Origin: Betaproteobacteria bacterium
GTDB lineage: Bacteria > Pseudomonadota > Gammaproteobacteria > Burkholderiales > Eutrophovitaceae
Length of the DNA stretch: 64,000 nt
NCBI GenBank assembly: GCA_020346185.1
Contig: CP070775.1
Location: 3,247,688 to 3,311,687, forward strand
Direction: 5' to 3'
Shown: one piece after another, positions 46,044 to 57,569 of the stretch
Layout: every line of letters starts with the position of its first letter
How positions within the stretch are numbered: position 1 is the first letter of the stretch
Program-made: the position numbers and the translations under genes
Notes under the pieces: model-generated
The model's input: the letters and a program-made list of their open reading frames with translations, nothing else
Told to the model about the DNA's origin: nothing
Databases searched by the model: none

Positions 46044-46819
46044 GGAAGTGCACCACCAAGATAGGCCTGTATTACCTTCGGATCTGTCTGAACTTCTGTT
46101 GGCGAGCCTTCGGCGATCTTCTTGCCGTAATCGAGTACGACAACGCGGTCGCATAGGCCCATCACCAGCTTGACATCATGCTCAATCAGTAAAATTGTCA
46201 CGCCATCATCGCGGATACGAAGCAACAGGTCACGCAACTGCGACGTCTCGGTCGCATTCATACCGGCGGCCGGTTCATCCAGGGCGAGAAGCTTAGGCTC
46301 CGTGGCAAGCGCACGCGCAATCTCCAGTCGTCGCTGGTCGCCATAGGCAAGGTTCTTTGCCAACGCATTGGCATGTTTGCCAATGCCGACATAGTCGAGC
46401 AATTCTTTTGAACGGGCTCGAATTGCTTGCTCCTCTGCATGCGTTTTCTTGCCCCTAAGGATCGCGCCGAGCGCACCGACGCGGGTACGCGCGTGTCTTC
46501 CGACCATGACATTTTCGATCGCTGTCATGTTCTCGAACAAACGGATGTTCTGAAAAGTGCGTGCCATGCCGTGCAACACCACGCGATATGGCTTCAAACC
46601 GAGCAGGTCCTGGCCGTCAAACCGGAACATTCCACTATCCGGTCGATACAAACCGGTCAGTACATTGAACAAGGTGGTCTTCCCTGCGCCGTTCGGTCCG
46701 ATTAACCCGTAGATATCGCCTTGCCGGATCGACAACGTAATGTTAGAGAGCGCCTCGAGTCCGCCAAATCGTTTACCGATGTGACGTATTTCAAGCAGGT
46801 TCTTAGTCGCAACCGTCAT
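46040..46819 (-). CDS. livG: Branched-chain amino acid ABC transporter ATP-binding protein
   Basis: 259 aa; Walker A GPNGAGKTT, signature-like YGDQRRLEIA, Walker B LLALDEP. Confidence 0.9.
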   Translation of the reverse strand: MTVATKNLLEIRHIGKRFGGLEALSNITLSIRQGDIYGLIGPNGAGKTTLFNVLTGLYRPDSGMFRFDGQDLLGLKPYRVVLHGMARTFQNIRLFENMTAIENVMVGRHARTRVGALGAILRGKKTHAEEQAIRARSKELLDYVGIGKHANALAKNLAYGDQRRLEIARALATEPKLLALDEPAAGMNATETSQLRDLLLRIRDDGVTILLIEHDVKLVMGLCDRVVVLDYGKKIAEGSPTEVQTDPKVIQAYLGGALP

Positions 46820-47910
46820 GTTGCTTCACTTGCAAACTCGCGTTTGCGTATCGGCGAAGGCCACAGGCCTGTCGGTCGGATCAGCATTACCAGAATCAAA
46901 GCCAAGCCGAACAACAGCATACGCAAGCTTTCGGGATCGACCAGCACTTTGCCGAACAACTGCTCCTGAATCGGTGAGGCTGTCGATCGGAGTATCTCCG
47001 GAAGCACTGCGAGCAACAATGCGCCAACAACAACACCCGCAACATGGCCCATGCCGCCCAGCACGACCATACAAAGCACCATGATCGACTCGAGGAGGAT
47101 AAAGCTCTCCGGGCTGACAAATCCTTGGAAGCTGGCAAACAATCCTCCCGCAACACCGCCAAACGTCGCGCCCATGGCGAACGCCAGCAATTTAACGTTT
47201 CGCGTGTTGATACCCATCGATTGTGCAGCGACTTCGTCTTCGCGAATGGCAATCCAGGCACGTCCCACGCGGGAATCTTCCAGCCGTACGCAAATAAACA
47301 TGCTGAGCATCACCAGACCAAGCAGCACGTAGTAGTAGAGATGGGTACCGGCAAACTCCAGTCCGAGAAATTCATGGGTTCGCGTCAAATCGACACCAGC
47401 AATGCTGATCGGATCGATTTTGTTGATACCGATTGGGCCGTTGGTGATGTTGATCGGGTGGTCCAGATTGTTGAGAAAGATCCGGATGATTTCTCCGAAT
47501 CCTAAGGTGACAATGGCGAGGTAGTCGCCGCGCAGACGTAACGTCGGGGCGCCGAGAAGTACGCCAAAGAAGGCTGCGACACCTGCTCCGATGGGCAGAA
47601 TCGCCCAAAAAGGTAGGTGCAGGCCGAATTGCGGTGACGCGAGCAGCGCCCAGGTATAGGCACCTACGGCATAGAACGCGATGTAACCGAGGTCGAGTAG
47701 TCCTGCAAAACCGACAACGATGTTAAGCCCGAGCGCCAGCATCGCGTAAATGAGCGCGAAATCGACGATGCGCACCCAGGTTCGCCCGAAGCCACCGTCA
47801 ACCGCGAAGGGCAGAACGGCAAGCGCAACGCCAATCAGCGCATAACCGACCCATACCGCGCGGCGATCCTTTTTCAGTTGCCGCAGGCGCGACTGAAAAG
47901 CCTTGATCAT
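46816..47910 (-). CDS. livM: Branched-chain amino acid ABC transporter permease
   Basis: 364 aa polytopic membrane protein; 4-nt overlaps on both sides within the liv operon. Confidence 0.85.
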   Translation of the reverse strand: MIKAFQSRLRQLKKDRRAVWVGYALIGVALAVLPFAVDGGFGRTWVRIVDFALIYAMLALGLNIVVGFAGLLDLGYIAFYAVGAYTWALLASPQFGLHLPFWAILPIGAGVAAFFGVLLGAPTLRLRGDYLAIVTLGFGEIIRIFLNNLDHPINITNGPIGINKIDPISIAGVDLTRTHEFLGLEFAGTHLYYYVLLGLVMLSMFICVRLEDSRVGRAWIAIREDEVAAQSMGINTRNVKLLAFAMGATFGGVAGGLFASFQGFVSPESFILLESIMVLCMVVLGGMGHVAGVVVGALLLAVLPEILRSTASPIQEQLFGKVLVDPESLRMLLFGLALILVMLIRPTGLWPSPIRKREFASEAT

Positions 47911-48836
47911 GCGCGCTCCGCGACCCGCTCACCCATGATGCCCGTCGGTCGAAACACCAGCACCAGAATCAATACCAGGAAAGCGAAAACGTCCTGGTAG
48001 TGGCTGCCCAGGAACCCACCGGTCACATCGCCGATGTAACCGGCACCAATGCTTTCTATCAGTCCCAGCAACAAGCCACCCAACACCGCGCCGCCGAGAT
48101 TACCGATGCCGCCAAGGACCGCTGCAGTGAAGGCCTTTAGCCCCAGCATGAAGCCCATGGAGTAGTGGGCAATGCTGTAGTTGGCCGCAACCAGCACACC
48201 GGCCACGGCGCCGAGTGCGGCGCCGATTACGAATGTCGCCGAGATGATCTTGTCAACATTGACACCCATCAGTCCCGCGATGGTCTTGTTCTCCGACGTA
48301 GCACGCATCGCCCGACCGAGGCGGGTGAAGTTCACCAACGCCAACAGCCCGACCATTAATGCTGCTGAGACGACGATGATGACAATTTGAAGATCGGTGA
48401 TCGTGGCGCCGGCAATCGTGTGCGGCTGCGTCGAGAACAACTGAGGGAACGTCTTGTACTGGCGGCCCCATATCACCATTGCAACGTTCTGCAGCAGAAT
48501 CGACATGCCGATCGCCGTAATCAATGGCGCAAGACGCGGTGCGTTGCGCAGTGGGCGGTACGCTACGCGTTCGATCGCGTAAGCCAGTGCCATACATACG
48601 GCGATCGCTGCTGCAATCGCCAGTGACACGATCACGACTGGTGGTACACCCACCATTGTGCCGGTGAGCAAGGTCATCACCGCCAAGGCAATCATGGCGC
48701 CGATCATGACCACCTCGCCATGTGCGAAGTTGATCAGACCGAGTATGCCGTACACCATTGTGTAACCGAGCGCGACCAGTGCATAAACGCTGCCGAGCAC
48801 CAAACCGTTCAGTATCTGCTGTAGCAGTATGTCCAT
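47907..48836 (-). CDS. livH: Branched-chain amino acid ABC transporter permease
   Basis: 309 aa; MDILLQQILNGLVLGSVYALVALGYTMVYG is typical of LivH. Confidence 0.9.
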   Translation of the reverse strand: MDILLQQILNGLVLGSVYALVALGYTMVYGILGLINFAHGEVVMIGAMIALAVMTLLTGTMVGVPPVVIVSLAIAAAIAVCMALAYAIERVAYRPLRNAPRLAPLITAIGMSILLQNVAMVIWGRQYKTFPQLFSTQPHTIAGATITDLQIVIIVVSAALMVGLLALVNFTRLGRAMRATSENKTIAGLMGVNVDKIISATFVIGAALGAVAGVLVAANYSIAHYSMGFMLGLKAFTAAVLGGIGNLGGAVLGGLLLGLIESIGAGYIGDVTGGFLGSHYQDVFAFLVLILVLVFRPTGIMGERVAERA

Positions 48837-48876
48837 GCCGTCGGTTCGCCTGGTGTCTAAGCCGCAGTCATCGCGA

Positions 48877-48900
48877 CAAAAAACGGCGCCCAGAGGCGCC
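48877..48900 (-). terminator. Intra-operon rho-independent terminator/attenuator between livK and livH
   Basis: Minus strand: CGGCGCC-ucug-GGCGCCG followed by UUUUUUG. Confidence 0.7.
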
Positions 48901-48938
48901 GACCGCGGCCCCCCTCGCTGCGAAACATCAAGCTGCGC

Positions 48939-50135
48939 TCAGCTCCCGCCGCCGACCGTTTCGATGTACTCCCACTCACCATCGGCTACCTTGTAGAGAC
49001 TGATGCTGCCGCCCTTGATATCGCCTTTTTCGTCGAACCGGACGTTGCCGCTGACACCTTCGTGCTGAATGTTGGCGAGGATCGGCAAATACACCTCCGG
49101 ATCTGTAGAATCAGCTTGCTGGATCGCAGCGATCAGCGTGTTGGCCGCATCATAAGCGTACGGAGCGTAAAGTTGAATTTCCTGCTTGAAGGTGTCCTTA
49201 TACTTCTCTGTAAAAGCAGGGCCGCCCGGCATCTTGTCGAGCGGCACACCGGGTGAAGAAGCATAAGCCCCTTCAGCGGAATCGCCGGCGAGGGTAAGAA
49301 ACTGTTTCGTCTGCGAGCCGTCGCCGCTAAGGAAAATCGCCATCAATCCAAGATTCCTGAACTGTTTCATCATCGGCCCGGTCTGCGAATCGAGGCAGCC
49401 GCAAAAGACCAGCTCCGGACTCATACCTTTGATCCGCGTCAGAATCGCCGTGAAGTCCGTCTTCGTCATGTCAGTGAATTCCCTCGTGATGACCTCTCCG
49501 CCTGCTGCCTTAGCGGCGATTTCAAACTGGTCTGCGAGTCCTTTGCCATAGGCCGAGCGGTCATCGATGACTGCAATTCGTTTGGCATTGAGTTTCTTGA
49601 CGGCAAAATCTCCCAGCACCGCGCCTTGCTGTGCATCGTTGGCCATCACGCGAAAAGCAGTCTTGTAACCCTGTTTGGTGTAATCGACATTCGTTGCAGA
49701 CGGTGAAATCTGGGCAATCCCGGCATCAAAGTAAATCTTCGACGCAGGAATCGTGGTGCCTGAATTAAGGTGTCCAATGACTCCGGCCACGTCCGCATCA
49801 ACAATCTTCTGGGCCACCACGGTGCCTTTTTGCGGGTTACCCTCGTCATCCTCCGACACCATTTCGAAGCGAGTCTTCTTGCCACCAATCACTAATCCAG
49901 CGGCATTGGCCTCTTCTAGCGCCAGCTTCACTCCGTTTTCGTTGTCCTTGCCAAGGTGCGCAATCGGTCCGGTAAGTGGCCCGACGTGCCCGATGCGGAC
50001 CACACGCAGGACTTCACCATCCTCGCTGGTCGTCTCTTCACTCTCGCCACAGGCAGCGAGCAAGGAGAGCAGTGATATGCCCAGGACGGCCACAAATGCA
50101 TTGCGGAAAAATACTTGCAAGCTTTTCAGTTTCAT
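48939..50135 (-). CDS. livK: Branched-chain amino acid ABC transporter substrate-binding lipoprotein
   Basis: 398 aa type-I periplasmic binding fold; lipobox LLAACG; heads the liv operon. Confidence 0.85.
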   Translation of the reverse strand: MKLKSLQVFFRNAFVAVLGISLLSLLAACGESEETTSEDGEVLRVVRIGHVGPLTGPIAHLGKDNENGVKLALEEANAAGLVIGGKKTRFEMVSEDDEGNPQKGTVVAQKIVDADVAGVIGHLNSGTTIPASKIYFDAGIAQISPSATNVDYTKQGYKTAFRVMANDAQQGAVLGDFAVKKLNAKRIAVIDDRSAYGKGLADQFEIAAKAAGGEVITREFTDMTKTDFTAILTRIKGMSPELVFCGCLDSQTGPMMKQFRNLGLMAIFLSGDGSQTKQFLTLAGDSAEGAYASSPGVPLDKMPGGPAFTEKYKDTFKQEIQLYAPYAYDAANTLIAAIQQADSTDPEVYLPILANIQHEGVSGNVRFDEKGDIKGGSISLYKVADGEWEYIETVGGGS

Positions 50136-50184
50136 CCCGTTATCCCCTTTTTGACGCTGATGCGTGCTGACGAACGATTCGCGG

Positions 50185-50214
50185 ATTATCGGCCAGTGCT
50201 TTAATAGCTGTCAA
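50185..50214 (-). promoter_or_regulatory. Probable sigma-70 promoter of the liv operon
   Basis: Minus strand: TTGACA-18 nt-GATAAT, ~45 nt upstream of the livK ATG and just downstream of the cytochrome c551 terminator. Confidence 0.5.
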
Positions 50215-50257
50215 TTTTGAACCATAAATTCATTGAGTTGCACAACGCGAGCGCAAC

Positions 50258-50282
50258 AAAAAAGCCGGCACGATGCCGGCTT
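50258..50282 (-). terminator. Rho-independent terminator after cytochrome c551
   Basis: Minus strand: GCCGGCA-ucg-UGCCGGC followed by a U6 run. Confidence 0.7.
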
Positions 50283-50305
50283 CTTGATACCGTTGAGGTC
50301 GCTGT

Positions 50306-50617
50306 TCAAAGGGCCAAAATCCACTCGACCAGCGCCTTGGCCTCTTCCTGGCTAACTGGATTAGGCGGCATCGGAATCGGGCCCCAAGTACCGCTTGCGC
50401 CATTGATGACTTTTTTCGACAAGTCTGCGACGGCACCACTGTCGCCCTTGTACTTCGCTGCAACGTCCTTGAACGCCGGCCCGACCAATTTCTTGTCTAC
50501 CATATGGCAGGTCAAGCAGTTCTTGGACTTGGCGAGTTCCTGAGCGTCCGCCGCGTGTGCCTGAGCCGCCAGCCCCAGAGCCGCGGCCGCCATCAAACTG
50601 ATAATGCCCTTCTTCAT
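50306..50617 (-). CDS. Cytochrome c551/c552 (class ID monohaem)
   Basis: 103 aa; signal peptide, CLTCHMVDKKLVGPAFKDVAAKY and WGPIPMPPN, closely resembling Pseudomonas c551. Confidence 0.9.
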   Translation of the reverse strand: MKKGIISLMAAAALGLAAQAHAADAQELAKSKNCLTCHMVDKKLVGPAFKDVAAKYKGDSGAVADLSKKVINGASGTWGPIPMPPNPVSQEEAKALVEWILAL

Positions 50618-50706
50618 TGCTGTCGCCTTTCCTGACTGTTAGAGGTTGCCCAGGCCGCTATTCTAACGGCGTTTCGCTCACTCGGCCCCGTTTGCGCACG
50701 TGAATA

Positions 50707-52767
50707 TTAACTCTCCGCCACCGGCACGTTCGCCTGATTCATCAGAAGCCTTAGCGCGGCCATATTCTGAACCGGGCCAAGGCAAGTAACGCCCTGGCAC
50801 AGGTAAGCGTTGACACCACTGCCCGGCGCTGGCTTGTCCAGAACTGCCGGCAGACCCTGCGCCCCAGCATCCAGCGCCAGCAGCAAAGTGTCGGCCTCGA
50901 CGCTGTTGGAGAGTTCGCGGCGCCAAGGCTCGAGTCCCTCCGAGCTGCCTCGCAAAATCACTGTCCGCGTCGGCACCAATAACTCATTGAGCGCCATACC
51001 CATGGTCGCGAACCCACCCGGTCGCCGTGCCATCAATGGCGTGAACAGACGCAACGCGCGCTCGGCCGAGGCGATATAGCGCAGTTCACCGAGCATATGG
51101 CCGATGCGCAACAACGCCAACGCGGCAGCGGCATTTCCCGACGGTGTGGCATGGTCGTGGCCGGGCTTTGGCTTGAGAATCAGTGGCTCGTGTTCGTGGC
51201 TGACGAAATAGAATCCACCATCCTGCGCGTCTTCGAACTGCGCCAATAGCGCGTCGCTCAAGAAGCGTGCGAACTCGAGCTCGTCGCTGCGAAAATCAGC
51301 CTGCGCCAATTCGAGAAGTGCCAGAACCAGAAACGCGTAGTCGTCCAGATAAGCATTCAACTGTGCACGCTCATTTTTGAAAGTTGCAAGCAGGCGTTTG
51401 CCGTCAAACATGCGTTCCGCAATGAACCGCGCAGCACGACGCGCAGAGTCGAGCCAGTCCTCGCGCCCGAATATGCGTGCGACGTGTGCCATGCCACGAA
51501 TCATCAACGCATTCCAGCTGACCAAGATCTTTTCATCGCGTCGGGGACGAACGCGTTGTCCCCGCGCGGCGAATAATTTGTGGCGCGCACTATTCAGCAG
51601 ATCTCGTGCACGCTGTTGCGTTATTTCGAGCTGTGATGCAACGACGTGGAGTTGCTCGAGCACATGCAGATGCCAGTCCCGATGTTCAAAGTTCGGCTCA
51701 CCGTCAAGTCCATAGTGCGCACTCACCAAGGCGTACTCGTCGGCATCAATGAGTTGACGAATCTGATCACGCGACCAGACGTAAAACCGACCTTCGGCCC
51801 CATCGGAGTCGGCATCGAGTGATGAGAAATAGCCGCCGGCTTCCGCTTGCATTTCCCGTTTCACCCATGCGGCCGTTTCTTCCACAACCCGCTCAAACAG
51901 CGGATTGCGCTCGAGACGCCAGGCATCAGCGTACAGGCCGAGCAACGGCCCGTTGTCGTACAACATCTTTTCAAAATGCGGAATCATCCAGTAGTGATCG
52001 ACGCTGTAGCGACTGAATCCGCCACCCAGCTGATCGTAGATGCCACCCCTTGCCATCTCCGCCAGCGTGAACAACGCGTGCTCACGCAGGCGTGCTTCGC
52101 GTTTCGCGAAATACAGACAGAATTCGAGTTCCGCTGCGTGCGGGAATTTCGGTATGCCACCGAAGCCACCGTGCTGTCTGTCAAAAGTGGCGATCAATGC
52201 GTCAATAGCCGAACTAATTAGCGTGTCATTGAGCTCTAAGCCTCGGCCAACGCCTGCTGGCTGCGTCTGTTGCAGTACTTCAAGAAAAGAGGCGTTCTGT
52301 TGTTCAATCTGCGGTCGTTGCTCGCGGTAAGCATGCGCTACCTGCTCTAGCACGCCGGTAAAACCGGGCAAACCGTAACGTGAGGTTTTCGGGAAGAAAG
52401 TGCCGCCGAAGAACGGCTTTTGGTCCGGTGTCAAGAACATGGTCAACGGCCACCCGCCGGCACTTTGAGTCAGCAGTGAATGCGCCGTCTGGTAGATCTG
52501 ATCAAGATCCGGACGCTCCTCCCGATCGACCTTGATACTGATGAACAGCCGGTTCATCACCGCAGCCACCGACGGGTCTTCGAAACACTCGTGTGCCATT
52601 ACATGGCACCAATGACAGGCAGAGTATCCGATCGAGAGCAGGATCGGTTTGTCCTCTTCTCGCGCGGCGGTCAGCGCTTCCTCGCCCCACGGATACCAGT
52701 GCACCGGATTGTCGGCATGCTGTTGCAGGTAGGGGCTGGTTTCAAAGGCCAAGCGATTAGAGCTCAT
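50707..52767 (-). CDS. Thioredoxin-domain protein, YyaL/DUF255 family
   Basis: N-terminal Trx-like domain ([27 protein letters not shown]) plus a C-terminal alpha/alpha-barrel-like region. Start set at Met19 (52767); the ORF extends to 52821. Confidence 0.8.
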   Translation of the reverse strand: MSSNRLAFETSPYLQQHADNPVHWYPWGEEALTAAREEDKPILLSIGYSACHWCHVMAHECFEDPSVAAVMNRLFISIKVDREERPDLDQIYQTAHSLLTQSAGGWPLTMFLTPDQKPFFGGTFFPKTSRYGLPGFTGVLEQVAHAYREQRPQIEQQNASFLEVLQQTQPAGVGRGLELNDTLISSAIDALIATFDRQHGGFGGIPKFPHAAELEFCLYFAKREARLREHALFTLAEMARGGIYDQLGGGFSRYSVDHYWMIPHFEKMLYDNGPLLGLYADAWRLERNPLFERVVEETAAWVKREMQAEAGGYFSSLDADSDGAEGRFYVWSRDQIRQLIDADEYALVSAHYGLDGEPNFEHRDWHLHVLEQLHVVASQLEITQQRARDLLNSARHKLFAARGQRVRPRRDEKILVSWNALMIRGMAHVARIFGREDWLDSARRAARFIAERMFDGKRLLATFKNERAQLNAYLDDYAFLVLALLELAQADFRSDELEFARFLSDALLAQFEDAQDGGFYFVSHEHEPLILKPKPGHDHATPSGNAAAALALLRIGHMLGELRYIASAERALRLFTPLMARRPGGFATMGMALNELLVPTRTVILRGSSEGLEPWRRELSNSVEADTLLLALDAGAQGLPAVLDKPAPGSGVNAYLCQGVTCLGPVQNMAALRLLMNQANVPVAES

Positions 52768-52824
52768 CAGTCTGCCTCTGTCCGAGCGTTGCACCTCACT
52801 CCCTGACTTGTCGCTCGTCACTGG

Positions 52825-54297
52825 TCACGGATCGAGCCCCAGTTCGTTCCACATAGCGTTGACTCGGGACTTCACATCCTGATCCATCGAGATCGGTGCT
52901 CCCCACTGTCGCGACGTTTCTCCCGGCCATTTGTTGGTCGCGTCAATGGCCCATTTCGATCCGAGACCCGCGACCGGGCTGGCGAAGTCCAGATAATCGA
53001 TCGGTGTATTCTCTACTACCATAAGATCGCGCGCTGCATCAGTGCGCGTCGATAATGCCCAAATCACATCCTGCCAGTCGCGCACGTTTATATCTTCGTC
53101 GACGACAATGATGAACTTGGTATACATAAACTGCCTAAGGAAAGACCAGACGCCGAACATCACGCGTTTCGGATGGCCCTGGTACTGTTTGCGCATGCTC
53201 ACTATCGCCACGCGATAAGAGCAACCTTCCGGGGGCAAGTAGAAATCAACAATCTCGGGAAACTGCTTTTGTAACAGCGGCACGAACACTTCGTTCAGTG
53301 CCACCCCAAGCACCGATGGTTCATCAGGTGGTTTACCTGTGTAGGTCGTGTGGTAAATAGGTTGTCGGCGCATCGTCATGCGTTCAACGGTGAACACCGG
53401 AAATGTCTCCTGCTCGTTATAGTAACCAGTGTGATCGCCGAACGGTCCCTCGACCGCGGTTTCGCCGGGATGAATGACGCCCTCCAATACGATCTCGGCG
53501 AACGCCGGTACGTGCAGATCGGAACCGAGGCATTTGGCCAACTCGGTTCGCGAGCCACGTAGCAGTCCAGCGAACTGATATTCCGACAACGTATCCGGAA
53601 CCGGCGTCACTGCGCCGAGGATAGTCGCGGGGTCGGCTCCCAAAGCGACCGCGACCGGGAATGGCTGTTCCGGCAAGGCCTCGCAGTGATCCCTGAAATC
53701 GAGCGCGCCACCACGATGCGCCAGCCAACGCATGATGAGTTTGTTGGGCGCAATCACTTGCTGCCGATAGATGCCGAGGTTCTGTCGCTTCTTGCGTGGC
53801 CCGCACGTGACCGTCAATCCCCACGTAATCAACGGCCCAGCGTCACCGGGCCAGCAGGTCTGCACTGGAAGCCGCGCGATGTCAACATCGTCACCCTCCC
53901 AAACGATCTCCTGACAAGCCGCGGCAGAAACATCTTTTGGCGCCATGTCCCACAACGCCTGTTTCAGCAACGGCAGCTTGCCAAACGCTTCGCGCACGCC
54001 TCGTGGCGGTTCCGGCTCTTTCAAGAAAGCCAACAGCTTTCCGACTTCGCGTAATTCATCTGTGCTCTCACGGCCCATTGCCAGTGCCACACGTTTTGGC
54101 GTACCAAACAAGTTTCCCAGTACTGGTATGTCGAAGCCGCGCGGCTGATCGAACAGGATGGCTGGACCGCCTTGCCGGAGTACCCGATCGCAGATCTCGG
54201 TCATTTCCAGCGCCGGCGATACCGAGGCGCGCACGTGGCGCAGCTCGTCCTGTTTCTCGAGCGCGGCGATAAATTCACGCAGATCGCGATACTTCAT
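52825..54297 (-). CDS. ubiD: 3-octaprenyl-4-hydroxybenzoate carboxy-lyase
   Basis: 490 aa; [16 protein letters not shown]-terminus and full-length UbiD similarity. Confidence 0.9.
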   Translation of the reverse strand: MKYRDLREFIAALEKQDELRHVRASVSPALEMTEICDRVLRQGGPAILFDQPRGFDIPVLGNLFGTPKRVALAMGRESTDELREVGKLLAFLKEPEPPRGVREAFGKLPLLKQALWDMAPKDVSAAACQEIVWEGDDVDIARLPVQTCWPGDAGPLITWGLTVTCGPRKKRQNLGIYRQQVIAPNKLIMRWLAHRGGALDFRDHCEALPEQPFPVAVALGADPATILGAVTPVPDTLSEYQFAGLLRGSRTELAKCLGSDLHVPAFAEIVLEGVIHPGETAVEGPFGDHTGYYNEQETFPVFTVERMTMRRQPIYHTTYTGKPPDEPSVLGVALNEVFVPLLQKQFPEIVDFYLPPEGCSYRVAIVSMRKQYQGHPKRVMFGVWSFLRQFMYTKFIIVVDEDINVRDWQDVIWALSTRTDAARDLMVVENTPIDYLDFASPVAGLGSKWAIDATNKWPGETSRQWGAPISMDQDVKSRVNAMWNELGLDP

Positions 54298-54421
54298 AAG
54301 CTTGAATCGGTTACATCAATTCAATTAAAGGAACTGATAATCGGCAGCCACTACGGGAACGATCCGCGGGACGCACGAGTTTGGCCTGAGACTGCACAGC
54401 TCGCGTATCACGCCAGATAAA

Positions 54422-55294
54422 TCAAACCATTCTCGTCAGACTGTAGTCAGCAACGATACCCGCGAATACTACGCCACCCACCCAGTTGTTATGGCGAAAT
54501 GCGCGAAAACAACCGTCTCGCGACCGATCGCGAATCCATCGATACTGCCATGCAGCCAGAATGCCCGTGAGCAGAAGGCCGGCAACATAGTACGATCCGC
54601 GCCCTTCGGCCCATCCGGCCACGGCAAGGGCCAGGATAAACAGGCCGTGGAACAACATGACCATCGCGACATCGTATCGACCGAACAGGATGGCAGAGGT
54701 TCGAATACCCACTGTGATGTCGTCATCCCGATCGACCATCGCATACTCGGTATCGTAGGCAACTGCCCAGAACACGTTTGCCAGCAATAAGATGCCGGCC
54801 GTCCACGCGACCTGTCCGGTTTGCGCCGCATATGCCATTGGTATGCCGAATCCGAAGGCGACACCAAGGTACGCCTGGGGCAACGCCAGAAACCGTTTGG
54901 TAAATGGATAGCTCGCCGCCAGAAACAGGGCAGCGAACGACAGCACCACTGTCAACTTATTCAATTGCAGAACCAGTATGAACGCGATGCCAGAGAGAAC
55001 TGCTGCGACCGCCAATGCTTCCCACGGTTCAATAACTCCGGCAGCCAGCGGACGTTGCCGCGTGCGCTTGACGTGCGGATCAAAATTCCGATCGGCGTAA
55101 TCGTTAATGGCGCACCCCGCCGATCGCATCAGAAACGTGCCAGCGATAAAAATGCCCACCATTTTCCAATCGGGCACACCGTCAGAACACAACCATAGTG
55201 CCCACAGAGTCGGCCACAGCAACAAGAGCGTGCCGATCGGTTTATCAAACCGCACCAGCCTTGCGTAGGCGGCCAGTCGATCAGCCAGGCTCAT
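54422..55294 (-). CDS. ubiA: 4-hydroxybenzoate polyprenyltransferase
   Basis: 290 aa polytopic protein; Asp-rich prenyltransferase motif NDYADRNFD and second motif YDTEYAMVDRDDD. Confidence 0.9.
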   Translation of the reverse strand: MSLADRLAAYARLVRFDKPIGTLLLLWPTLWALWLCSDGVPDWKMVGIFIAGTFLMRSAGCAINDYADRNFDPHVKRTRQRPLAAGVIEPWEALAVAAVLSGIAFILVLQLNKLTVVLSFAALFLAASYPFTKRFLALPQAYLGVAFGFGIPMAYAAQTGQVAWTAGILLLANVFWAVAYDTEYAMVDRDDDITVGIRTSAILFGRYDVAMVMLFHGLFILALAVAGWAEGRGSYYVAGLLLTGILAAWQYRWIRDRSRDGCFRAFRHNNWVGGVVFAGIVADYSLTRMV

Positions 55295-55345
55295 ATCAGT
55301 AGCAACAAGAACACATTCAGAAGCCGGCGCGATAGCTGGGCACGC

Positions 55346-57553
55346 TTAGACACGCAGGTACTCCTGACGCCCCCCCAGCCAACGCGCCAAGTGGCACTCC
55401 ACCAAATCTGGATGCGACGCAACCAGTTTGGGTGCAACCCTGCGCGCGGCTTCGAGCAACTTCATATCACTCTCTAGATCAGCGAGCCGCAGCATCGGCA
55501 CCCCAGATTGCCTTGCCCCTAGTATTTCGCCCGGTCCACGCAACTTCAAATCGAGCCGCGCGACTTCGAAGCCATCACTGTTTTCGTAGATAATCCTGAG
55601 TCGCTCGCGCGCCAGCTCCGACAGCATCGCCTGGTATAGCAAAATGCAGGCGCTGGACTGGGTTCCGCGCCCGACTCGACCACGCAGTTGATGAAGCTGA
55701 GACAATCCCATGCGGTCGGCATGCTCAATGACCATCAACGACGCATTGGGCACGTCAACGCCCACCTCGATCACAGTGGTAGCGACGAGTAACTGGATTT
55801 CCCCGGCCTGAAACGCGTTCATCACTGCCGCCTTCTCTGCGCTACGCATCCGACCATGCGCCAACCCGATTCTGAGTTCTGAAAACTCGCGTTGCAGCCG
55901 CTCGTAAGTATCCATGGCGGTCTGCAGCTGCAGTGCCTCTGATTCCTCGATCAACGGGCATACCCAGTAAGCCTGTCTGCCGCTGGCACAAGCGTCACGC
56001 ACCCGGGCGAGCACTTCATCGCGACGCGAATCGGCCACCAGCTTGGTCACCACCGGCATTCGACCCGGAGGTAATTCGTCGATTACCGAAACGTCAAGGT
56101 CGGCATAGAAGCTCATGGCAAGCGTGCGAGGAATAGGCGTCGCACTCATCATCAACTGGTGTGGTTGCGCGTTCGTTTGTCCGCCTTTCATGCGTAGCAT
56201 CAGCCGCTGTCGCACACCGAAGCGGTGCTGCTCGTCAACGATCGCCAAGCCGAGATTCCTGAATAACACTTGCTCCTGGAACAGCGCGTGGGTGCCAACG
56301 GCAAGCGCGGTGTTGCCGGAAGCCAGTCGCTCAAGCGCTTGGTCGCGTTCCTTCTTGCGTACACTGCCAGACAGCCAGGCAACGTCGACGCCCAGTAGTG
56401 CCAGCCAATGGGCAAACTTGCGGTAGTGCTGTTCAGCAAGAATCTCGGTCGGCGCCATGACCGCGACCTGGTAGCCCGACTCAATGGCCTGCAACGCGGC
56501 CAGCGCAGCGACAATCGTTTTCCCGCTACCGACATCGCCCTGCAACAAGCGCTGCATCGGGTGCGGGCGAGCCAGATCAGCACGTATTTCATCCAGTGCT
56601 CGCACTTGCGCACCAGTCAGACCAAATGGCAACGACTCGACGAGTTGGCGGGACAAGCCGCCGTGGCTGCGCAGAGCGGGCGCGCGCTGACGGCTGCGCC
56701 GCAGATAATGCAGGCGCATGGAGAGTTGCTGCGCAAGCAGTTCATCAAACTTCAACCGCTGCCAGGCCGGGTGGCTGCGCTCCTGCAAAGACGTGGCATT
56801 GACCTGCGGCGGCGGCTGATGCAGCAATCTAACTGCCTCGGCGAAGGGCTCGAGGTTAATTTGCTGGCGAAGTGGTTCAGGCAAAGTTTCTGCAAGATCG
56901 ACGTCGCGCAGTGCACGCGCGACGAGTTTTCTCAGGCTGTCTTGCGACAAGCCTGCAGTGGTTGGGTAGACCGGGGTTAACGCATCAGGCAACGGCGCCT
57001 CACCGCGTAGCACGCGGAAGCGGGGATGAATCATTTCAGCCCCGAAGAAACCCTGCCGGATTTCACCGATCAATCGCACGCGTGCCCTTGCCGCCAGTGC
57101 ACGTTGCTGGCTCGGATAAAAGTTGAAGAAGCGCATGGTCAGGCTGCCGGACTCGTCCTCGACACGGCAGATCAGCTGCCGGCGCGGGCGACAGGAAACC
57201 TTGCTCTCGACCACCCTGCCTTCAACCTGCACAGTTGTTCCAGAGATGGCATCGGCGATGGTAACAAGGGCAGTCTCGTCCTCATAGCGCAAAGGCAAGT
57301 GGAGCGCCAGATCGGCAAGCCTGAGGATACCCAGCCGCGCCAGCCGCTCGCGCACGGCGGGGGTGACAAACTGAAGAGAGTCTGTGACGCCGGCCGGTGT
57401 AGACGGTAACGGTGATTCACCCCCCTTTCCGGATGGCTTCACGCACTTCACATCGCCGCTGACGGTCGGCACAGATCCGCGGCCCCGCACCCCTTTCTTC
57501 GATTCCCCTGGCGCCTTGGCCGGCTTGCGCGTTGCCCTCGCCAACGTAGTCAC
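55346..57553 (-). CDS. recG: ATP-dependent DNA helicase RecG
   Basis: Wedge domain, Walker A GDVGSGKT, DEQH box (VDEQHRFG). The GTG start at 57553 gives a ~55-aa Lys/Gly/Pro-rich N-terminal extension, so the true start is uncertain. Confidence 0.9.
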   Translation of the reverse strand: MTTLARATRKPAKAPGESKKGVRGRGSVPTVSGDVKCVKPSGKGGESPLPSTPAGVTDSLQFVTPAVRERLARLGILRLADLALHLPLRYEDETALVTIADAISGTTVQVEGRVVESKVSCRPRRQLICRVEDESGSLTMRFFNFYPSQQRALAARARVRLIGEIRQGFFGAEMIHPRFRVLRGEAPLPDALTPVYPTTAGLSQDSLRKLVARALRDVDLAETLPEPLRQQINLEPFAEAVRLLHQPPPQVNATSLQERSHPAWQRLKFDELLAQQLSMRLHYLRRSRQRAPALRSHGGLSRQLVESLPFGLTGAQVRALDEIRADLARPHPMQRLLQGDVGSGKTIVAALAALQAIESGYQVAVMAPTEILAEQHYRKFAHWLALLGVDVAWLSGSVRKKERDQALERLASGNTALAVGTHALFQEQVLFRNLGLAIVDEQHRFGVRQRLMLRMKGGQTNAQPHQLMMSATPIPRTLAMSFYADLDVSVIDELPPGRMPVVTKLVADSRRDEVLARVRDACASGRQAYWVCPLIEESEALQLQTAMDTYERLQREFSELRIGLAHGRMRSAEKAAVMNAFQAGEIQLLVATTVIEVGVDVPNASLMVIEHADRMGLSQLHQLRGRVGRGTQSSACILLYQAMLSELARERLRIIYENSDGFEVARLDLKLRGPGEILGARQSGVPMLRLADLESDMKLLEAARRVAPKLVASHPDLVECHLARWLGGRQEYLRV

Positions 57554-57569
57554 CCGTCGCTGGACTCCA